A stretch of DNA of 64,000 bases from Takakia lepidozioides (Eukaryota > Plantae > Bryophyta), in NCBI GenBank assembly GCA_030704615.1, contig CM060733.1:43462001-43526000 (forward strand). Reading direction: 5' to 3'. The notes under the pieces are model-generated. The model worked only from the letters and a program-made list of their open reading frames with translations. It was not told where the DNA came from and ran no database searches. Shown in pieces: positions 24,701 through 39,502 of the stretch. The translations under genes were made by a program, and so were the position numbers. The stretch's first letter is position 1, and each line of letters opens with the position of its first letter.

Positions 24701-26390
24701 GAAGATTTAGGAACCTTGGATGCTCAAGAGGGCTGGTACAATGCTCCTCCTAAAGGCTTTAAAACAGAGGTGAGTGTTGGCCTTTTGCTATGTCTGTTAG
24801 ACCCTCTATGTATCCTTATTTGTGGTTCTGAGCTTCCATCTTTTGTCATTGGTATAGCTTTTGTTTCTGGTTCCCTGCCCACTTTTTTTCTCTCTCTAGC
24901 CCTGTATCTTGCCTGCACTCCTCATTTTATGATAGAACCGGTAAAGGTAGAGGATGAGTTAGGTAGGTGTCCCTCGATTGTCTTCAAGGTCTAGCCTAAA
25001 TTAAGCCTAATTGTGAAGCATCTCCACTGACTCTTTTCTGAATCCTTGTGGTGTTATTAATGGTGCTCCCGGAGGCATTACTGAGGTGGTTGGAATCAAA
25101 ATTGGGGCATTGTCTATTTGAACAGTTATCAGCATTCGGAACAATGTGGTCAGCTTTGGAGGGCTGGATTTCAGCGGCCACCATCGCGCACATCTATGGG
25201 AAAGAGCCTCATGAAGAGGAGGATTTTGTTTCAACCAATGGGCGAGAGTACAGCCTGCAAGTTGTTATTGGTGATGGGGTCTCATCTGAAATTTTGCGCA
25301 CATTTTCTCTTTGTGTCTCACGGGCACTGCCGGAACTGGTCCGGGTGCTACGGCTCTCCATTTCAATGTCCACATTGGAACAGTCTCTGGTAGTCTACGC
25401 GGCCTGGACCTCTGGTTGCTGCTTCTTTTGTTATCTTCTCCTGAATTACTCGTACAATTCATAACAAATGAAGGCTTGATCAGTTTTTGCCATGTTTGGA
25501 ATCAGGGTTACATTATCTCTGTCAGTGTCTGGGTTCCCTCCATTACAGTGAGCCTCGTAGTGGCCCACCTTCTGCCGTTTTCTTACTCTTCTGGCCCCTC
25601 TCTATGCCCTTTCTACTCTGTCCAAAGGTATCAGGTCCATTGTGGCAAGGCCAACACAATGTACAATGTATTGATTACATCTCTTGTCAGTACCTGAGCC
25701 CATTCGCTATGGTTTCCTCTGCAGGGTCAACTGGTGAGAACAATGAGCTTTGTGGACGCCTTGCCAGCATTTGGAGTGAAGCTGTGGCGCATGGTAGCAC
25801 TACTCTTTTTGGATGCCCTGTCTGTGCAACGATTGCCATCCCTTGGAGCCCAACTGTCCAACAACCGGGCCTTGTTCCGGAGGGTAATGTCAACTGCTCA
25901 ACTCAAATCCAACCTTGTAGAATGATCTTTACTCGCTGTGCATCTTACCAGATATCAGTCAGTTTTTATGTGTATAATGGTGCTTGTGGCATGGTTCCGC
26001 TTGTGGTGTTGTCTGTTTGGAGCAATAGTTGTGACGGAGTAATGGGGTGGGATGTAAGGCTTGCTCTTTTCCTACTTTTTAGTACAGGGGACGATGTCCA
26101 ACGCTTATAATGACCATGCAGCTAAACTTATTTGGTGGTTGAGATTCAGAGGGTGGAAACAGCATGGTGTGGGTCCTTTGGCAAGCGGACTTTAGAGTAA
26201 TGAGGCTGTGCTCAGTGCATGTCGAATTCGCTTGCGCAGATTGTTAACCGGATGGAGACTATGACTGGTGGGGCAATGATGGCAGGTACTGGATTCAACA
26301 GGAATAAGTGAGGCAGAGTATGATGCCTACCGCTTTCTGCTGCTTCCTTCGGGACGATTGCCAACATTTGTGACATTGAGTGGTGGCTGA
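21761..26390 (+). CDS. RPAP2: RNA polymerase II CTD phosphatase RPAP2/RTR1 homolog (RIMA-like), about 864 aa
   Basis: Exons 21761-22024, 22188-23328, 23534-23724, 23986-24181, 24495-24769, 25126-25389, 25725-25883, 26286-26390 are all phase-consistent. Motifs: YSDVVTERSI..LCGFPLC, YRISLSAHKVYD...FCCSSC (RTR1 zinc finger), LKSALKK..RSVSWVDE, WYNAPPKGF, FLDALSV.RLP. The first exon is the least certain. Confidence 0.9.
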
Positions 26391-27333
26391 CATGATGGAT
26401 CCTAGTGGGTTAGATTCTTTTGAAAATGTCAAATCTCACCAGGGTAATGGATTATTATGCCAACATGTTTAATGCTATGACCACAGAGTTTGTTAGGCTT
26501 TTTTAGTACAAAAAAGGAGCTTGGTGCTGAGCTCTATTGGTAAAAGTCAATTTTCCTTCGAAAATTATATTTAGAACAATAGCAGGAAGATTTCAGCTTA
26601 TGTGAATATGTGACTACCCTTGTACACATGAGTTGTTCGATTAATAGATTGAATACTCAGGTGGGTGCAAGAGGACTGTAGCAAATAGTATGTTTGGAGG
26701 AATAAAATCTATCCAGATGGAGGTTCTCTCTACCCTTGCCTGCTGGTTGCAACAGATTTCTTGCTTTCACATCTCCCGGCAACATGTCCCATATTGTTGA
26801 AGCAGTCTACATATATGTTCACTTGCCCTTCCACCCTCAATTTTTCTTCAAAACTTTGCAAATGGAATGAAAATGGTGTCTTATGTGTGGAGGATCAATC
26901 CTAAACTTCTTCAGAAAGAAAAGATGAAGGAAACATTTTACAATACTACTTTGGGTATAATGGTACAGACAGCGGAGATGGTCAAATGGAGGGAAGTAAT
27001 GCAGTTCGAGTATTGTCTTCAACTACGAATTAAGTGATAGTCTACTGTCTCCACATCGGACACATTTGTTAACAGTTAAAGTAGGCAACTTGCAGTTTTG
27101 ATCCAACCCAGAGAGAAGAGCTGAATCTTTACACACTGAGCACTTTATGCCCACTACTGCAGGTTACTTTCAGTATTTAGCCCAGAGGATATGACTTAAC
27201 TAAAGGCCAATCTACGTTAGTTCTTAAGTACTGAATTAGAGGAAAATTATTGGTCAACCATGTGGCATAGCTATTAGCAATGCAGACGGGAGATAGACAC
27301 TGTGGATTCGAGATTTTCTAGCAACTTAGAGGC

Positions 27334-30300
27334 TCACTTGTTGATTAAAGGGCGTTGAGGCGTGGCGAGATTCTGTGGGGAAGCAAGCACCGGGGCAACG
27401 CTGCTTTGCATGGCAGGTGCTTTTGTAGGTCTGAGCGTGGACTGCATGGAGTTCTTCCAGGGCTGCTGCTGGTACTCTGAGATCTTGATTGTTGTAAAGA
27501 AAATGATGCGGTATAAGAACACCATGAGAAATAGAATGCCAAGGTTCCACCACTTGCTGCGGCCCACTGTCACTTGCATTACTTTAGTCAGCACTTCCTC
27601 TCCCGAAATATGTGGCCAAGTTGGAACATAGTTTGTAAAGGTTAAACCTTTGAACTCATTCTCAGACATACCCTGCAAATACACGCTATCACAGGAAAGA
27701 AATCAGATCTTTTGCAATGGAGGGAAATCAACAGACTTTCTAGTGCTTTTGAAGAAAGAGCATCATGTGATCATCACCATAGTGACCACAAGAATGTTTT
27801 GACCATTGACTCTCTGCCTGCATTTAATTCTTCCTGGCTGGGTCACAGATCTCATATTGGACTGCCAGTCTATCCTACAGCCAATGACATCCAAGTTGCT
27901 ACTATAAGCTCTTCTGGCACAGGCCACCAACTCAAAACTGTGGGAGTGAGTACTAGAAACTAATGCTTATCACATGTCAAGTATGCTTAACAATGCTTAT
28001 GTTAACTGCTGGTCAATCTCAGAGAGACGACTGTGATGGCAATCTTATACAAGAATTGACATGATTTCCTGGAAAGGACATGATTCTTGGAATGAGGTGA
28101 ACTCCAACTTTACCTGCAGGAAGTAGGTATGAAAGCTGATGTAGAACATAGGATACTTCCACACTAATTTTGGGTACTTATTGGGTCGTTGGAGACCCCC
28201 TGAGCAAAGGAAAAACAAACCCTGCCACAAAACAGAGACACCGTAAGTTTCTACATAATGTACATATCCTATGCATCTCAATCTGCAAAGCATGATTTTA
28301 GCAAACACCTCTGGAGAGAAAGGTGGGTGCAAGAGAGTTCCTTGACTATGATTACTCCTAACTTGTAAGGCCATTGAACTAATCAAAGGGCAATGTCTCC
28401 CACTGAAAAGCTAATAAGGACAACTCCCTTGGACCTCACTCTTGTTCCCCGGACTTGATGGTGTGATCTACGAGAGTTCTGAGGACCTTCCCGCCACTTA
28501 TGAGCTGAGCTATGATGTGGAATGGGGATTTACAGGGAGATTCCAGACTGATTAGGGCAGAGGCATGTCGAAGATGAGTGGTAACATGTCTGGACACCCT
28601 CAAGCCTCAGTAAAAAGCAGTAATGGAGTTCAATTATGCAGGCAGCTTAGAGTTCCATCTGCTGTGTTGCACAAGCCAAGCCAGCTGGTTTACAACGCTT
28701 GTTCCTTTTCATCACTATCATCAAATGGACCCTGCCTGAATTTCACTAGGGCTAAATTCCTTCCACTGGTCTTGAAGCCAAAAATCAATCAGGTTCATGT
28801 TATCATTAGTTGATCAAACACTCTTCACTGCGAAGTTGGCATACCTGAATAGCGGCGCCAAGAATAATCCCAAGTAAATAGTTCGGGCTCACAAGGGCAG
28901 CGATGGCCATCATAATACTCTCCACCACCAACATGGTTGCAAATAAACATAACACAAAGTATGCAAAGTGATCAACACCTGGGTGCAACTGGATCAAGTA
29001 ATATGCAATGAGCGAGGACAGTACTGATATCAACATCAGAAATGGCACTGATGACAGTGAGTTTGCAATCACAAATGCAGCCACTCCGTAGTGCCCATTA
29101 AGCCTCTCTCGCCTGAACACCTGCAGCCAACCATCGTGACCATTTTGAGACTCAACTTCATATCACAAACTTTTTTAAAGGGAGTGCATATTGGCCCTTT
29201 CAATTCAGACAATTGACTCCTAACATCTGAAGACAGTTGGAGAGTCAGCATTACCTTCATATCTTCTACAAATGATGGAAAACCGCCAATTGACATAAAT
29301 GTCAAAAACCCTGTGGTGAATGTGATGCTTGCCTCTCTTTCCTGTAATGTATTCCCAACTGCACATGTTAAGGCTTGAACACAAATCATGAGTTGCTACA
29401 GAGCTTGTCATCATTCTCGTAAGCAGGCATCCATCTAGGGTTGACCTCGACTAGCCCACACGTTATCTTTCCCATCTATGCTCTATCTATGGCTGACATC
29501 AAGATTGTAACTTCACGTTGCAGATTTTCCCACCTACCAGTCTCTATCGGACACACTTTGAAAGTCTTGAGGCTGGGCCAAAAGCCCAGACCCTTTTGGG
29601 CCTAGTTATTGGGGAAACCACACACAACAGATTGATGCAGATTCAGCAGATTCTGTCCTGGGTACTCTCACTATAGACAGGTCCTCTTCAAATCCATCAA
29701 GGGAATTGTGCCTATACCTCTGTTTACCAACTTTGAATGTCTAGCTCTAGGCTGAGCCAAAAGCCCAGGCCCTTTCAGGGCCTAGTTATTGGGCAAACCA
29801 CACACAACAGATTGATGCTTGTGTGTAAAGGCTGTCCGGGGTCAATGGCCACAAGGCTACGGCAAACAACGTCTTATGAGTACATTCTATTGGGCAGACA
29901 GTGGGAGCCCACTCTGAACCTCCCCAATGCCCTTAGAATCTCTAGGAGATAGAGATGAAAGAAAGTAACTTCAAAACAGCCCAAACAGCTTATGGCATGG
30001 GCTTCACAACCACAACCATGCCTTTTCTGTAGTTAAATTCCAAAACACTGCTCAAGTTCAAAAGAGCATATGTAACCTAAGAAATTTCAAATGAACCTAC
30101 CCTCAATGAGTCCCAATCAGTCCCCAAATTATGATACACAGTGCCGATGCTGATGGCGACCCCAATATACATAACCAGACGAAGCCAGTAATAGCCCAAG
30201 TCTCTGGACATGTTTACGAAGGACCTGCATGTCAGTGATATCAATTGGACCCAGAGGCTTGCTTGGCTCCCAGCTGAGTCCTGTAGCGAGCCTTCCTGGA

Positions 30301-32907
30301 AAGGGACACATGAATAGAAAGAGAAAAAGATCAGGTCCAGTTGACCTCTCATGGAGTTTGCAGGCCTTCCAAGCTGCAAGACAGTGAGATATGCCTCCTC
30401 TCAAGAAGTCTCACTAGTAGCGGTGAGGCATAATCAATAAAACTATTGCTTATCTGCACAGCAAAGAAAGGAGCTACATAGCACTTGGCTGATACTCAGC
30501 TAGGACAACCCGCCAGTAGATCCCCAGCTCTGGACAACCCTCAGAAAATCCTCACACAGCTCCAAATTAGATGTACAAACGCTCATGCACTCTAGAAAAT
30601 GTATGAGACATGCCTAATTGAACCTTAGCACTTACTTCTTTTGACAGCATTTGTGCTGCTGTGGCAGCTGCGTAGGCGGCATCAGAGCACACGTACGCGT
30701 CAATGAGAATTTTCACGACTTCAGTTGTCTTCAATCCTTCCAAAGGAGTTCCCTTTTCCATATCCTGAAGGCACGGGCGTGCAAATCCTCAGCATGCCTC
30801 CCCCTATCTGGGTATCTGGGTAGATACTATGAAGTTACAGGACAGCTAGACTGAACATTGCTCTAACTGCCCAACATCAGATTGTCAACAAAAACTTTAG
30901 ACTTTGAGGATTAGGTTCTACCTACCTTGATCAAAGGCGTGTCAAGCTCTTGGTCATCGAAGGCATGGTTGATTGCCCGAAGGAAATGGTCAGAGGGATT
31001 CCGCAAAGGTGGGCAAGGGAACCCAGCTCTAGCGAAGTACTGCACATGCTCACACATAGCAACAAACAGTATACATATGCAGCACTTCCAAGGGGATCCT
31101 ACAATTGTTTGTAAAGAGCATAATGATGGTGAGAAAGGCGAGTAATTAACATCTCTTGTGTCAGTGATCAAGCGAAGTAAGTCGGTACAGTGATCTGTCT
31201 ACACCAGACGAGAGAGTTGAATGCATTCCAGAATCCAAATATGAAGGCAGAGAGATTGTGTATGTGCGCACCATACCTCACAAGCTTCGGAGGCTTTGCC
31301 AAAGTAAATTGTTCGCCCTTCAGATAGCAAGAAGAGAGTGTCAAAACAGTTAAACACTTCACTGCTGGGCTGGTGAAACGAGGCAATGACTGTGGGTCCA
31401 TTTCTGGCCAAGTTCTTCAGCTTACACGTGACAAAGAATGCAGCTGCACTGCAACAACCCACATATACATATATATGAGCAACTTATCAAATAATTGATT
31501 CAGATGAGCGTCTGTCCTGGCTAAGATGATCATCAGGTTAATGATCTACGCCTTGAAAAGTTCTTGAATTATTGAGCTGAACATGGGAATCTCAGAATAC
31601 AAGTTCAAACCTGTCGAGTCCACTGGTGGGCTCATCAAGATATAACAAACGAGGGCGTGTAAGAATCTCGATAGCAATACTGAGGCGTCTCTTCTCCCCC
31701 CCACTTAAACCTTTCGCATGCCAGGTGCCAACTTTAGTGTCGGCACAGGTCCGGAGACCCATTTCCGCAATTGTGTTCTCAACGACTGCCATCTTCTGAG
31801 CGCGCGACAAAGTGCTTGCAAGCTGAAGATGTGCAGAGTAGTAGATAGTCTCACGTACTGTCAAAGTCCGTGTCAAGACGTCATCTTGGGTCACATACGC
31901 CTGCATCATTTCCTTGAAAAAATTACTTGGACTTTCAACCCAAATCAATGGTGTTAGCACATGCATGCAATGGAGCAAATTGGCACGTAGCACTCCTTCA
32001 TACAACCCCCTTGCTTCCGAAGTTGTCTCTTCACAAGATCTTCACACATTGTCTCACTCACGGTACACTGTCTGACAATACGCTTTAGATCACAAGAGCT
32101 CAAAAGGGGAGGAGACATACTGCAGTGCCGTAGGACATCTGTTTCTTGCGCCCATTGAGAAGGATGTCACCCGTATGCGATGCATTCCTCGCTAAGCGCC
32201 CTGATGACCATATTAAGAGCATCAGCCCGCTTCCCATCAACTTTAATTAAAACATTGCACCCTCTTCTCCGTCATTTGGACAATCTCAATTGTGCATTAA
32301 CGCCGCCACATGTCCAAACGGCTCCAAACATTAGCAACTCTCAGGACCCTCAGGAGAATGGTTGGGCACGTACGTAGTTAAACTAGTTAGTCACTGAGAG
32401 AACCTTCAAATTCAGATTCTCAATGAAAGACGGTATATAGCTACCTAGCTGGACCACTGCTGCCCTGTTTAAGCAGTAAAATTTGAATGCAGTCATGAAT
32501 ATAATGTATGGAATGCCTGCTGCAACACAGGCTCATGGCCTGAAAATAATGACCTCAAGAAAATGCGAGTCCGACGCAAGAGTACCTGAAAGAGCATCAA
32601 GCAGGGTAGACTTTCCAGACCCAGATGGACCCATGATAGCCAAAACTTGGCCAGGCTTAGCATACCCCGTAGCATTCACAAGCACGGTACGCCTCTCGCC
32701 CTTCAGATTTGAAACTGACACTGACAAATCTTGCCATGTCAGTGTTACAGTAGTTTTCATATTTTCGGGAATTGCAACTTCGCTTTTCCCTTTCACCTTG
32801 CCAAGGGGGCTCATCCTCCCTAGAGCAATTCGCCGGGTTGCATGTACATCGTCATATCCGTAGCCATTGTCATTGGTCTCCTCCTGATGCCCAATGAACT
32901 TAGCCAT
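27334..32907 (-). CDS. ABCG (WBC) half-size transporter, ABCG11/12/13/15-like, about 703 aa
   Basis: Exons 32907-32586, 32200-32121, 31900-31611, 31448-31277, 31039-30926, 30764-30636, 30295-30101, 29341-29255, 29120-28845, 28221-28114, 27672-27334. Walker [62 protein letters not shown]. Confidence 0.93.
29520..29890 (+). mobile_element. Rearranged LINE 3'-end fragments in an ABCG intron, same family as Kir intron 7
   Basis: Matches 11630-11960 and ends ggtcaatggccacaaggctacggcaaacaacgtcttatgagtacattct. Confidence 0.75.
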
Positions 32908-34564
32908 GACGCAGGTAGACTGTTCGGATCAGAATTGGCTCCTGCAGCCCACCACACCTCATTATGCAAATGCTCAGGCTAACAGTTGGCTCTACAGGGC
33001 TAGCCGCAGCAATTTTGGAGCCAAACGGAATAAAATTAGAACAGGCTGGAAAGCACCCAGAACTTCTTGAATCATAAATTTATAACTTCAATGCTCCTCC
33101 TCCACTGTCTTGACAACGTGCTAAAGCCGAGCTTTGAAATATATACATGAATAAAGCGAGTGGATATTATAGAGCTCTTTCGCATGCTCCGATATTGATC
33201 ACTAAGCTACTGGAGCGTTCCAATCCTGCCCAACAAGCACTCTACTGTTATAAACCGTCAGGTCCTTTGTTCAAGCATCCCACTACGAGTATGCATGGAC
33301 CTGGGCACTGTTTTGGAATACTAAAACCCTCCGATCTGCTTGAAAGATCCATGTGCAAACGTGGAGTTTGAACATGACGACAGAACTTTTGAAACTCAAA
33401 GACTGAACTAATCCAACCAAATTTGCCAGTCTCTTAGAAGAATGGGCCCGCTGCATGTTATTAGGGTGAGCTCAACATTACCTGCAGTTGAAGCCTCTCG
33501 CCAAGCGAGCTCAATCAGTACAAGTGTATAAGACACTTGCACTTCTCAACTCCTCAATAAGTAACGACCTCCTTATACATTCCATGGCAACAGCGGCGAG
33601 ACTCGTAAGCTGGGAGGACTTCTTTGAGAGAACTCTTCGATCGATATGGTTGGTGCTGAATACTGTCGGAAGGGCAGATTTACGCTTGTATCGCCGAGCA
33701 TACTCGCCTCTATCCCTGTAACAAAAGGCCTGCGAAACGGAGCGCATTATCTGAGCAAGATGAGTTAGCCACCTTATGATGCATGCATACGTCTGCAGGC
33801 TTCTGTACTGGTCACCTCGAAGAGTTGAAACATTCCAGACTCACTGAGAGCTCGCACCCCAGCATGCACCCGAGCTGGGCACAACATGCTACAGCTCCCC
33901 TACTTATACCGGCTGCTTGCTGTGAACACAGCGTCACATCTCATTTTTGTCATTCAAATATTCCCTCACAGTTCCGTGATGAATTCATTCTTGTACGTAC
34001 CACAGAGGATTCTTGTACGTACACACTCGACTGTAAAATCAGTTGGCTCGCAGTGAGGGAAACGCCTACGTATCACATGACCACACACCAGGGCCCAGGC
34101 AACAAACTAACACCACCAATTACTGCAATCCAGACGTCCGGATCAACTCTACTCTCCAAGAAACGGATGATGCCAGGTGCCAAGCATGACCAAAACCCAT
34201 GAAGCAGCTGGTAAAACACTCAAAAACCTTACTGATCTTATCTACTATCAGACCCGGATATATAAACACCTAAGCACCTACCCATATATTTATCAAAAAA
34301 TCTTTCAAGTCGAGACATACGCATTCCACATTAACGTTTTGGGCTCCCACAAAAGTGCAAGGGCGACTGACCTGCCTACGTGGACGGACATACAAGCGAC
34401 TCGGGAGGCTACGCGTAAACGTGGTGCGCGTGTTTGTTTCTTGTTATCCAGTGTCCCCAAGTTTGGTGGAACCGCTAATGAGCCACCACTATGGTGGTTA
34501 CTAGTTATTACTTCTCACATATTTGGACAAACCCTAATCCTTACACTTATGAAGGCCATCTTAA

Positions 34565-34868
34565 CTCTTAAGCGACGACCGCCGTTTTGGTGGGCCACCC
34601 CAGACACGTCGGTAGCACGGTCAACGCTTGTGGCAGCTCCGGGCCATGCCCCCCCCCCCCGGCACTTTAACATTTTACTTACTGTTTTTAGCCGCTGTTC
34701 ATTGGAGCGGCTACATAACTTCATTGCCTACATTTTCTGCACAAGAATCACCTCCCAACAACCTTTACTCAAGTTCAGCAAATTCCACCTGAACAGCGGG
34801 GATTATATACGGATGAACCCTATCCAATATCATCCAAGAAAGTTGCAGTTTGGATGCTCGTTTAAGGG
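34565..34868. mobile_element. piggyBac-like MITE (304 bp)
   Basis: TTAA at 34561-64 and 34869-72. Ends ctcttaagcga / tcgtttaaggg (11-bp TIR with 2 mismatches). Confidence 0.55.
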
Positions 34869-36066
34869 TTAATAAAGAAGAAACTACACTTCTCGTAACT
34901 TCGTAATATATATGTATATATAATATTTTGGTGTGAAATCTTAGAGCGTACGAAAATCCCTTTTGACAAAAGAAATCAAACAAAATCAAAATCCTAACAA
35001 ATGTAGAGAAATAACTACTTATCAGTTAACATTTGTACACTATTGAGTGGCATTCCACGCGTGTTTCTTGCATTTATTGGACATTAATGTGCCTCTACGG
35101 CAGGGATCCCCCCATCATGGGGTTTTTTTAAGATATTTGGCGAGTGGCTACAGAGTTTTGCAGAAAATAGCGGTATATTCTGTTCATTCACTTAAATTCA
35201 TCCACCTCTGTACCATAATCCATATATATCATCCATATTTGGCGAGTTCATCCAAAATTTATTTTTTATTTGGAGAAATTTGGCGATTTCAGCCATGAAA
35301 AAACAGGGGATGTGCGACAGAGTATTCCATTTTATTTTTTGAGGTCGAAATCTTAAAAAAACGCGGGGCCCATGGGCCCTATTTCCCGATTACGGAAGGC
35401 AGCAGCGATGAGTTCTTCCGTTCCGCCGTTGAAGAGCGCACGAGTGGTTCCACTCGTGTACGAGAGGGTTTACGTTTAGCGGAACGTTCCTGCCCGAGGA
35501 CTTTCCGCCGTTTAAGGGTGGGCCGGGCGGGAGCCCGCAAATGGCGGAAAGTCCGCGGGCAGGAACTTTCTGCTGCGTAAAAATTTGCTCACCTGGTTCC
35601 ACCCTCTGACTAGCTGCTTCACATCAACCCTAGATGATATGTCATCCAAGGCACAAGATTGCGTTCCACTAATCTCCCTATGGCATGGAGGCTCCAGAAA
35701 TGGAACCACCCGTTCCATGCTCCCGCCCCCAATGGCACAACTGGTTCCATGCCACTTGTGCGTCCGAGTTCTGCTTCAAAATGCCCTAAGAAGTACAAAG
35801 GAAAATCTAGAGCAGGTTTTTACGAGTCCTGCACTCTTCAACGCGAAAACCTTCCAGAATATAAAGATACCATCGAGAGGGGATGGTTCACTCCTGTTTG
35901 GGTAAGCTTATAGGGCATCGTGGTGCACCCAGTGGAAACATGCTCTGACACCTTCCACAACGGGTGCATGGTACACTGCTGCACCACAGTTGAGACATGC
36001 AGCATCATGGCTGCTTCTACCCTACTTGCCTCTTATTACGCCTCATCTAAGTACGTCCTTCTCTAA

Positions 36067-36869
36067 CCCTTAAAGGACTAGCTAACTTTTGGTGGGCTAA
36101 AAAAGAGTACATACACTCATAGATGGGGGTGTAACTTCTTATCCCCAATCATCCAGAGGGATGAACCTTACACTTATGTGCATATCTACTGTGTACACGT
36201 CCTGTAAAAAATGTAGGCAAATTGACCATTGCATTTGGGAGATTATAACAAAATAATATGCCCCAATTTGTGAATGTATTCAAAAATTGCATGCAAAAAA
36301 TTGTTTGACCATAAAATTCCAATATCGAGTTGAATCTTCTTAGACAAAGGCCCTCCATAATCTGATTATATGGCACCTAAACCACTGCCTCCCACAAAAA
36401 TCAGACCAAAATTCCAAAAATTCAGATAGGCTGCTTTGTATGTGAAATCTGGGGGGTCAAATTGTCTTGTTTTGGCTTCTTTCATAATTACACCCTTGAG
36501 ATGATATTTGTTTTCCGATTCCTCTGGTAAGTAGGTGCCCAGTAACATTTCATAGTGCCCTGTCCAAAAAATTTGGGATTATGATAAATTTTCAGCCCTA
36601 GATGTTATTTTGAAGATTGCCCATTTGGCTGCCATGTAGGCAGGTCAATGGTGCTCTAACACTGGATTTTCTGACCCCTTGGCACTTTGAAAAATTCTAG
36701 GGAGCAGAGCCTTTATGATTTTTTGGCGCTGTAAATTTCCACACGTGCTCCTCTATGACATCCACAATTTATCTTCAGGGTTCACTTCCATCCACTATCA
36801 TCCACTATCAAACTGGAGCGTGGGAAAAAACTGACGCGACCCCATTCGGGTCGCGTCGTCCTTTAGGGG
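36067..36869. mobile_element. piggyBac-like non-autonomous element (803 bp)
   Basis: CTAA duplicated at 36063-66 and 36870-73. TIRs cccttaaaggac / gtcctttagggg. Subterminal hairpin gacgcgaccc-cattc-gggtcgcgtc. Internal similarity to 60214-61194. Confidence 0.75.
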
Positions 36870-39203
36870 CTAAGTAAGGATGGATACTTCAGGCCTGAGA
36901 AGGTAACCATTTTAACGAAGGTAATTTCTAGGCAGTTTTCTACGAATAACAGGGGGCGTGGAATTGGGTTTTGGAGTTGGAGACCCGGGGTGGTTTCCAA
37001 GTGAGGGGAGTGCGTGTTGGTTTACTCTCTCTATCCTGCAGAGCGGGATCTGTCAATTGTATTGGACTCTCTAGACTCGAATTGTTTGACAATTGATCAT
37101 AAAAGATACTCCAAGGTCCACATTTTGAAACCCAGGTTAATGCTCAGTCTACCCTGGTTTGATTGGGAGCAAGGAATAGGTGGAAAAAAAGGAGAGGTTA
37201 ACACACACCCAGATAACCAGGGTGGTAGATCTACTACAAATCTAACAATATTAAGGCAAGCTGAAGGCTCCAAATAACGAACTATTGATCTTCAATGCTG
37301 AGTGTCTCCAATCGCATGCAGCCTTCTGGTCCATTCTCCACTGATCTTCCTCTTTATCAAAAACCAGGATATGAACAGAATGAGCTAGCTAACTTAGATG
37401 GAAATATGTTATGTATGAACGTATGAACGAGTTAAAATTTATCCAAGACATAGCAAGACTTGGTATCCCAAGACATAGAAAATTTATCCAAGACATAGCA
37501 ACTAGGCAGGTTAGAGTGTAGTCTATTATCTTTGATTTGCTTGATCCAGCCTTATTACTGCTTCTTTTGCGCTGCACATGCCTGCCTGACATGCGTGCCC
37601 CGCAACTGTGTGACAACTGATGTATGCGCCGGCGTCACGGACCTCATTCACTGCAGTAGACCCACTACGTCCATGCATGACTACTACTTGAGTATCTCTG
37701 AAAAATTTCAAGAGCTTCACTGACACATGAGAGATCACTGCAGAACAAATTAATCTCAAAGACCTTCACTGTATTACAGGCTACAGCCTCATTCACTTCA
37801 CAGGAGACCCAAAACGTGCATGCATGGCTACTCCTACGTACTTGAATCCTACCTCTGAAAACTTCAAGACCTCACTGACACCGAGATTGGCCTGCTACAG
37901 TGAATTAGTGAACCCTGTATAAGTGTTGACGTGTTGACCCTCTCTAGGAGGTTTTTTTTTTTCCCTATGTACTCCCTGAAAACTTACAAAGGCAATAATG
38001 TGTCTATTGTTAAATTGTTAGAAAACTGCTATCTACCCCGCCTTCAGGAATCTGTCTTGGATAAATGTTACTTGACTATACCGTACATACAAACACGCTG
38101 CCATGAATGTGCAATTTAATAAGTGGAATACCACTTGCCCACCACCCCTGCATAGTTCAGTTTTGAGTGGCATGCTGACCGTCACAGATCTCTACTTCAA
38201 ACTATTTTTAGCCTGCAGCTTAAATAAAGTATTTTTCTGGTAAACCTTCATAAGTGTGTCCCCAGTAATATTTACTCCCGAGGGTTAATAGCTGGTATCC
38301 AGTACTCTCTCACAGCAGTCTAACTGTCACCTTCACTGTAAGTTATGCCTCTAAACAGCATTCACAGACCACTGGGTGAATGATAGAGTCCTACTTGAGT
38401 ATCTTGCAACAAGACCTTTCACTAACACAGAGATGCCTCTTGCAACGGTGGGAAGACGCCGTTCTCCGACGTGCGTCCTGCCAACGGAGGCAAATGGTAT
38501 GTGTGGCCTGGCTATCATAAACAGCATTCACGGACCCACTGGGTGAAGAACTAGTCTCTTACCTTCACTCATACAGAGATGGGTAGCTCTTGCCGTTTTC
38601 TCGCTGACACGGAGATGGGTAGCTCTTGGCCTTTTGTGGCAGCAGATGAACAGATTTAGTGCCTGGAGTTTTAGCCGTGATCGACGCTGGGATGTAGTAT
38701 CCCGTAAGTTTTGGGAGTATTTGCAGTCGATATGTAGACTGGACTCTACTTGCGCAACTGTGGCTGATCCCTATTAACTCTCCCGCTTCACACGCGTATT
38801 GGGCCCCTGTGGATTCCGGGATCAGCGCTCTCACGAAATTTACATTTCCACATGGGTTATGATTAGGGTATCATAAGTGAGCACGATCCACATGGATGAA
38901 ACTTCGCACAGTTGAATGAAAGGTGAGTGGATGGATGACTGAGAATGAAGTCTATCTTCTAACTCAAGGACAATGGGCTCCCATGTGAATGAACCCAGGT
39001 TTGAAAGGGGCCCTTTGATTTGTTGTTTTGTTTGTAAGGAGTTACCCACAATCAAACAAATACGTCTCAGCTACCAACTTTCTTGACTTTTATGGGTCCA
39101 TGTTGAAAGACTTGAAGAGGCTTTCTCAGCCAGAACAGTGACCAACGGGGTGGCTCCCTTTGCCCCTTTTGACAAAATTTTAGTGTTCCAACAAATAGTT
39201 GTC

Positions 39204-39285
39204 TAGAGAGAGAGAAGACTCCGGCCAAAGCCTAAGAGCCACTTCGCCTTATGGCTATTGCCCCCTTTGGGATGTGGGCCCTATT
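39204..39285 (-). mobile_element. Short retroelement 3' end with (CT)n tail
   Basis: TSD atagttgtc at 39195-39203 and 39286-39294. Same family as 1754-1830. Confidence 0.75.
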
Positions 39286-39502
39286 ATAGTTGTCCATGAA
39301 ATACACTTACCCAAGTCACAAGCATTATCCTATGCGCTTCTTCCCCTGTGTTGTCTTCAAAGACGCCACCTATAGATGAAAAGTGTATTCCTGATGACAA
39401 TCATCCATGGCCTTGCGTTCATCCTTAATTAACTTTTTAATTAACAATCCATCCTTCATTGTAGTGGCCCTTTGCCTTTAGGGTGGGGACCTAAGTCCAT
39501 AC

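Noticed and set aside
34177-34872. 231-aa ORF
   Set aside because: No recognisable domain, and it runs through a MITE, so it is probably a chance ORF.
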